A stretch of DNA of 64,000 nucleotides, taken from contig NW_003314265.1 of the NCBI RefSeq assembly GCF_000143415.4, forward strand, positions 3,277,383-3,341,382, read 5' to 3'. Below, piece after piece: positions 58,071-64,000 of the stretch. Each line of letters opens with the position of its first letter. The first letter of the stretch is position 1. The notes beneath the pieces were generated by a model, which was not told the DNA's origin, ran no database searches, and saw only the letters and a program-made list of their open reading frames with translations. The position numbers and the translations under genes were made by a program. The DNA is from Selaginella moellendorffii. Its lineage: Eukaryota > Plantae > Lycopodiophyta.

Positions 58071-60551
58071 ATGGCTCTCCACATCGCAAGGACTGCCGCG
58101 GCTAGATCCATGGACGACATTGCGGTGTTCAAGAATTTCATGCATTTCCTGATCGAGATTGTGGAGCCGCTGGTCGCGTCGCCGATGCACGTCTTCTTCC
58201 TCCAGTGGCGGAGCATCGCCGGCTCGGCGCAATCGCAATCCCTCTCGGCGGAGCTGGCGGAGGCGCCAGATTTCAAGCAGCGGATGTTCCACCAGGCCTC
58301 GTTCTCATTCAAGAACAGGGATTCTCACGCCAGGTACGCCAATGCGGCCGCGCAGATCTCCCAGCTCCGGCAATGCGCCAAATCCGAGGATCAAGACGCG
58401 CTGGCGCGCGTCATCGGCGATCGTCTCACCCCGGATTTCGTCCTTGAGATGGTTAAGGGGCTCAGGAACGATCCAGGCACGGCATTGTTCTTTTATCGCT
58501 GGGCAGGGAAGCAAAATCGATCCTCCTACAAGCATGACTCGAGGATCTATAACCAGGTGGTGAGAAATCTGGCGGCTGCCAAGCGTCTAAGTGACATCGA
58601 CTCGGTTCTTGGCGAGATGATGGATCAAGGGTGCAGCTTAGAGCCGGAGGCAGCGCTGGATTTGGTGGTGTGCTATGCCAATGGCGCCATGGTGGATAGA
58701 GCACAGGCGATTTTCAACGAGTTGCGGCATCAAGGCCAGGAGTTCCCAGCTCACATCTACAATGTCATCTTTGGAGCACTGGCAAAGCTCCAAAGGTTCC
58801 AGGACGTCTTTCGAATGGTGGAGGATTTGATGGCCAAGAACTTCACTTTCAGTGACTCCACCGCCGACGCGCTCGTCCGGATTTTTTGCAAGGCACTCGC
58901 AGTGGACAAGGCCGTGAGGTTTCTCAAGTGGATGAGCAGCAAGGGCTTGCAAGTAAACGCGATGGCTTTGAGCATGGTGGTGGATAGCCTTTGCAAAGCT
59001 GGGAAGGAAGACACTGCAATAGGCTTGCTGGAAGACACGGCAGCCTCTTCCTCGGTAACTCTAGCTGATAGGAATTTTCTTTGCTGTTCTCTCATCTGCG
59101 GAGTGTTCAGGACAGGTGCTTTGGCCAAGGCTTCGTTTGTCATCCGCAAGCTGCTCCAGCGTGGCCTTGTGTGGAAGCTGTCAGTGTTTGATCATCCAGA
59201 AGGGGGCTCGCCGTTCTCGTTTGAGAAGATCATAGCCTTGTTCGGGACGATGAAGGTGGCGATGAGCACGTTCGAATACAACTGCTTGATCGAAGGGCTG
59301 TGCAAAGGTGACAGGATTGACGAAGCTCTGAGGCTCTACGAGCTTATGCGAGGAAACAACGTCCCTGCTGATATCTTCACTTACAACAACATGATCGAAT
59401 GCATCTCCAAGCTTGGCATGGTGGAGCAGGCTGAAAAGGTTTTGAAGACAATGGAGGAGAGCGATTGCAAACCGGACAAGTTTATATACACGCGGGTCAT
59501 CAACGGGTTTTGCAAGCTGGGGAACTTCAAGAACGCCGTGGTACTCCTTGGCCGTATGAAGGAAGCAGGATACGCTCCTGATGCCGTCGTCTTCGATTGC
59601 ATCATCGGCGGGCTGTGCAAGACGTCCAAGTTCGACGAGGCATTGGTAGTTCTCAAGGTTTCGATCGAAGCAGGTTGCGAGCCAGACGAAGTCACGTACT
59701 TCAGTATAGTTGATCCACTTTGCAACATGGAGGACTGGGAATCAGCTCTGAGAGTCTTAGAACTCGCTCAGGAGAGGAAATGCCCCGCCACCAATTTGCT
59801 ATACAGCAGGCTTATGAAGTGCCTGTGCAAGACTGGGAAAGTTGAGGCAGCGTGTCAGCTTCTGGAGGATTTGACCAACGGGAGTAGGGAGTCAGAGCAA
59901 CTTCTAGGGGGGGATGGTTGCAAACCGGACGTGGTTATGTACAGCATCGTCATAGATGCATTGTGCGCCATGGGAATGACCGACGAAGGCTTTGTAGTAG
60001 TGAAAGCCATGGAGGAGCGTGGCGTCAAGCCAGACGCAGTCGTGTACACGATCTTTCTCTACGCTTTTTGCCGCTCAGCAAGGCTAGACGATGCTTGCAG
60101 GCTGCTGGAAATGATGGTGGAAGCTGGCTGCTATCCGGACGTTATTTCCTACAACACTCTGCTCTTTGCACTGTGTTCTGCTGGTCAAGAGGAGGAGGCT
60201 TGCCGGCTCTTTCAAGTCATGGTCGAGACTGGCATTGAGCCCAACGTCTTCACATACACTCAACTCATACGGGCTTTGTGCAGCACAAAGAAGCTAGAGG
60301 GTGCCAGGCACTTATTCAATTTTATGAAGCTCTCAAAGTGCGTTCCGGATATGGAGACTTACAAGGCGCTGATCTTGGGGCACTACCAGAATGAAGGCGT
60401 ACGAGAAGCGAGACAGTTGCTGGAACAGGAATCGGATGCGTTTTCTAGGAGGAACCCTGGAAAATCACTCTTGTCCGAGCTACACGAAGCTGGAAACTTT
60501 TATGAGCGTAAGCAGCTCACCGCCATTATTGATCAAGGCCGGTTGGCGTAG
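58071..60551 (+). CDS. P-class PPR protein, paralogue of 53075-55417
   Basis: Canonical P repeats; shares HDSR.YNQ, LGG..CKP and NPGKSL.SELH with the minus-strand copy. Confidence 0.93.
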   Translation: MALHIARTAAARSMDDIAVFKNFMHFLIEIVEPLVASPMHVFFLQWRSIAGSAQSQSLSAELAEAPDFKQRMFHQASFSFKNRDSHARYANAAAQISQLRQCAKSEDQDALARVIGDRLTPDFVLEMVKGLRNDPGTALFFYRWAGKQNRSSYKHDSRIYNQVVRNLAAAKRLSDIDSVLGEMMDQGCSLEPEAALDLVVCYANGAMVDRAQAIFNELRHQGQEFPAHIYNVIFGALAKLQRFQDVFRMVEDLMAKNFTFSDSTADALVRIFCKALAVDKAVRFLKWMSSKGLQVNAMALSMVVDSLCKAGKEDTAIGLLEDTAASSSVTLADRNFLCCSLICGVFRTGALAKASFVIRKLLQRGLVWKLSVFDHPEGGSPFSFEKIIALFGTMKVAMSTFEYNCLIEGLCKGDRIDEALRLYELMRGNNVPADIFTYNNMIECISKLGMVEQAEKVLKTMEESDCKPDKFIYTRVINGFCKLGNFKNAVVLLGRMKEAGYAPDAVVFDCIIGGLCKTSKFDEALVVLKVSIEAGCEPDEVTYFSIVDPLCNMEDWESALRVLELAQERKCPATNLLYSRLMKCLCKTGKVEAACQLLEDLTNGSRESEQLLGGDGCKPDVVMYSIVIDALCAMGMTDEGFVVVKAMEERGVKPDAVVYTIFLYAFCRSARLDDACRLLEMMVEAGCYPDVISYNTLLFALCSAGQEEEACRLFQVMVETGIEPNVFTYTQLIRALCSTKKLEGARHLFNFMKLSKCVPDMETYKALILGHYQNEGVREARQLLEQESDAFSRRNPGKSLLSELHEAGNFYERKQLTAIIDQGRLA

Positions 60552-61089
60552 AATATGAAGATGCAACTGGTCATATTTCGTTTCAATGGCATCGAGCTCT
60601 GGTGAGATTTGAAAAGCTTATTAAGTTTTAGAGTTTGACTCGGTTTTTATGCAGATACAAAAGACTTTTATCGTCGCGAGTATGTAAGTTGGAGCTTTCA
60701 TTGGTATCAGTAGCTGACATTGTTTTTCTTTGTGCAGGTAACCCAATTTTGTCGACCTGAGGAGCACAAAGTGCTCAGCTAACTATTCTTTTTTCAAAAA
60801 TCGTTAGTGTTTACAGTCTCCAACCGGACAACAAGACATCCGGACCGGAGGTTTTTGTTGGATTGAGCTCGAGAGCTCGTGATGCTGCTCCGGTACCCGC
60901 TCAACATGTCCTAGCTTTTGCAACCAGCTAACAGACCCAGCCATGTTAAGTTTTCGGGCTCCAAGGGTATGCTGCCAATCAGTTCCTCTGCTTCCTCCAG
61001 CTTTCCAGACCGGGCAAACAGATCGACCCAGTCTCTTTAACTTCGTAGTTTGCTTCATCGAAAGTATCCACAACCAACATCGACAAGGC

Positions 61090-61780
61090 CCGAAGCCTAG
61101 AGAACGCTGGGGAAGGTGACGTTCTCAGGATGAACACCTTGGACCACCATGAGCCTGAAGAAGCTCAGTGTCTGGTGGCCGGGCCCGTTCTCAGCATGAG
61201 CTTGCAGCATCGCAGAGCCTGGGATGACACCGACGGTTGGAAACCTTTCAAAGATGGTCTTGACTCGATCCACGCAGCCACACTTGGAGTAGAGACTTAT
61301 GAGAACATTCTGAAGCTGAAGGTGGTGGTCCAAGCTGGAACAAGAAATCTCGTCATGAAGAAGTTTACCGAGTGTAATGTCGGGGACGGAGGCACGGTAC
61401 GTGATCGGGCTAGCGAAGCTGTGAAGAGCAAGTCGGCCGTAACCATTGTGAGCGTAAGCCGAGATCACCGCAGTCTATTTCGTCTACGCACCTTCACTTG
61501 GGAGTAACATGGTGATGAGAGAACTGGCTATGGCGGCCCCGGTATCCAAACCAGCGTCAGTAATGCTCGAGTGGGTGACTTTGCCTTCGGCTCTGGTCTG
61601 CACTACTCCACAAGGATCGAGAACCGTAGTGTAGGCGACGATGTCCAGCTGGATGCCTTCGAGCAGCATCCGGTGGAAGAGTTGAAGAGGGCTGGAGCTG
61701 AGGTTGTTTTGAGCGAAGGCCGAGATCATCGAAGTCCACAGAACGACTTCATAGACTTCTTCAGAGTTGCCGCTGTGATC
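61090..61780 (-). pseudogene. Frameshifted PLS-PPR pseudogene
   Basis: Fragments WTSMISAFAQN...LFHRMLLEGI, MISAYAHNG, NVLISLYSKCGCVD, GVHPENVTFPSVL split across frames. Confidence 0.8.
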
Positions 61781-62081
61781 CGATCAACTTTCCTTTGGCA
61801 AGAGCTCTTTGGCTGCCACAGGCTTCCACAATGGCTGCGAGCGATATCTCGTCAACCCGTGTGCCTTCCAAGTCGAATCGCCAACACAGGTCTGTCTTAC
61901 TGGCCAGCTTTCGACACAAGCTCTAACCATCGTTGTCCAGGAAGCAGCGTGTGGACACGGCATGGTGTCAAAAGCGCATCTGGCTGCCCGTTATGATGTT
62001 TGTTGGGATGCCAGATGCGGAAGGCAGTGCCGAGCATCTGAGACACTCCCTCACATCCCATACATTCGATTACCACCCAAG

Positions 62082-62380
62082 CTAATGCTGAGAGCTCCCA
62101 CCGCCGTGCTCCGCCCGAGGAAGGGCCCTGGAAGAGATCAGGCAGCGCTGCTCCCCAAACGATTGCAGCGTACCCGGTTGATCGGTCCTCCAGAAGGGAC
62201 TGTTCCAGCCGCTCCTCACGGCGTTGCAGGCTCGCTCGTCGTAGTTTGGATCATGGCATGGCGATGCTGAAGGGGCCACGCTAATCATTCTCCCTCCCAC
62301 GGACCGATTGAAGGATGCCCGGGTCTGTGCGTCTGGCCAGCACAGCTCGCCCGCTATACACTTGGAGTGGACATGGCCTG
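62082..62380 (-). pseudogene. N-terminal fragment of a fungal-type FAD-linked (BBE/VAO-family) oxidoreductase
   Basis: KCIAGELCWPDAQTRASFNRSVGGRMISVAPSASPCHDPNYDERACNAVRSGWNSPFWRTDQPG matches the C..G..CWP....LN..VGGRLI...P....CH...YD...C pattern; truncated by stops. Confidence 0.65.
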
Positions 62381-64000
62381 GAGCGAATAGAAGATTGCTA
62401 ATTTTCAATACCTTGGCTGAGTGCTGATGGAGTACGAGAGAAGTAGTGGTGCTGTTCTTGAGAGGCAAGAAATCTTCGTACATTGTTCTAGCTTGTTTGT
62501 CAGCATCATGCGTGCCTTCCAGCAGAAAATTGAGGCAGAAGATTTAGAACCAATTTCATGTTATTCAATATGTAAAATTTGGAAAATAAGTATTGACTCT
62601 GAAGAAATTACAGATCTCCTAAAACAAACAATCCAAAGAAAAATATTAGCATTGGTTAATTTTTTATATGCTAAAATACAATTTAACTTTGTATATTAAT
62701 ATTGTGAAATGGCAAAGTACCATCGAAATGTCTTTAGTACTTGTCCTTTTAGCAATTATTTGTAAAATTGAAAATACATCACTTGAATTTGGATATGAAG
62801 GAAGCACAAATCAACTTGATATGCAAAAAATTCTAAATGCTATCAATTCTATGATTGCAAATATAAATTGAAAAGAAAAATATCTAGAAACTTGGTTAAA
62901 TGCAATTACAATACCTTTATCTATAGGAGAAGTCCTTATAAAGCTATCATGGTTTAAAGGAAAATTTCCAAATTGTGCATCAAGTGGAAATATAAATAAA
63001 TTAATTAGTGGGCATACAACCTATAGTGGTTTCAAAATTTTATTAATATGTAACATCTTTAAAATGATAAATAATGCTGTTAATTATGCAATAATAACCA
63101 GTAAAACATATCAAATTTATTATAGCCAAGATAGTTCATATATTCAAGCCTTACAGTTCCTTGAGGATTGTAATATATTTAAAAGTACGTTATATAATAG
63201 TTCTAAGAATAAGCCTCATCATATGTTGTTAGCAAATAGTTTTTTGTTATCTGCAAAATCAAAAACTATTTTGTTTTTTGCATTCACTTAGTTCTATATT
63301 CAGGAAATAATAAGTTATGGTAAACACTTACTGAGAAAAAAATATAATATATTATATACAGAATAATGGTAATTTAGTATTATATTCACAAATCAATAAA
63401 ATTGGATGGTCCATAAGTATATATTTTAAGAAATCATTTGTATTTTACCAACTTTTCTTAGTTTTTAAGGTTATTGTAATATAGTAGATTATTTTTTAAT
63501 TTCACAAATAAATAACTATAGTTAACAAATACTAAAAATAGTGATTTCCATTTTATTTGTGATTTTTAAACATTCATGTCTTTAAAAAATAAAAATTAGT
63601 CAAATGTTTTAAAAATAATAGTTGAAAATATAAATAAATTTAATCATCTATTTATTAATTATAATGCCTATATCTAAGATCTTAACACTTCATCAAAATT
63701 TTGTGGAACTTGTATAATCATTTATCCTAGCCACCCTTAATGATATTTTTTGATTGATACAATGTTATGAGATATTGCCTTAGATGCGTGTGCTTTAGCT
63801 TTACTTTCTATGGAAAATAATCTTATTCTAATAGAGGTCAATATTATAGTACAAGGACAAAAACATGGTTGTAGCCATGATTTTTGTTGTTAGGTATAAT
63901 AAGATTGGCCACACTTATCAGCATTATTAATTTTTTTTGAATTAGCATACTTCATTTCCTAAGTCTCTGACCTTGGCATCACTAATATCTTATTGGTGTT

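Overview
Plant nuclear DNA, most likely the lycophyte Selaginella. This is inferred from the many PLS/DYW and P-class PPR genes, GC-rich intronless CDSs, very short 44-70 nt introns and tiny intergenic gaps. Two gene-dense flanks surround a nested transposon island at about 14-47.8 kb. The left flank (1-13.6 kb) holds a PLS-E PPR, a DYW PPR, a giant PH-domain/proline-rich gene, a short P-type PPR, an intronless CYP71-clan P450 and a secreted 6-Cys peptide. The right flank (47.8-62.5 kb) holds a Pro-rich gene, an inverted pair of paralogous P-class PPRs around a CLASRP-like splicing factor, a PPR pseudogene and a fungal-type FAD-oxidase fragment. The island contains a very young non-coding 7.26-kb LTR element (LARD-like) inserted in an older copy of itself, solo LTRs, Cassandra-like TRIMs with a 5S rRNA-derived core, an inverted TRIM dimer with a single TSD, gypsy remnants, and a complete 6.36-kb Helitron carrying a captured UGT fragment bracketed by a 108-bp direct duplication. 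The most striking observation: nucleotides 14-29 of the Helitron 5' end are the reverse complement (15/16) of the LTR sequence spanning its own A|T insertion site. This suggests base-pairing-guided target selection by an HUH transposon and needs testing on other copies. All comparisons were made by eye; no searches were run.
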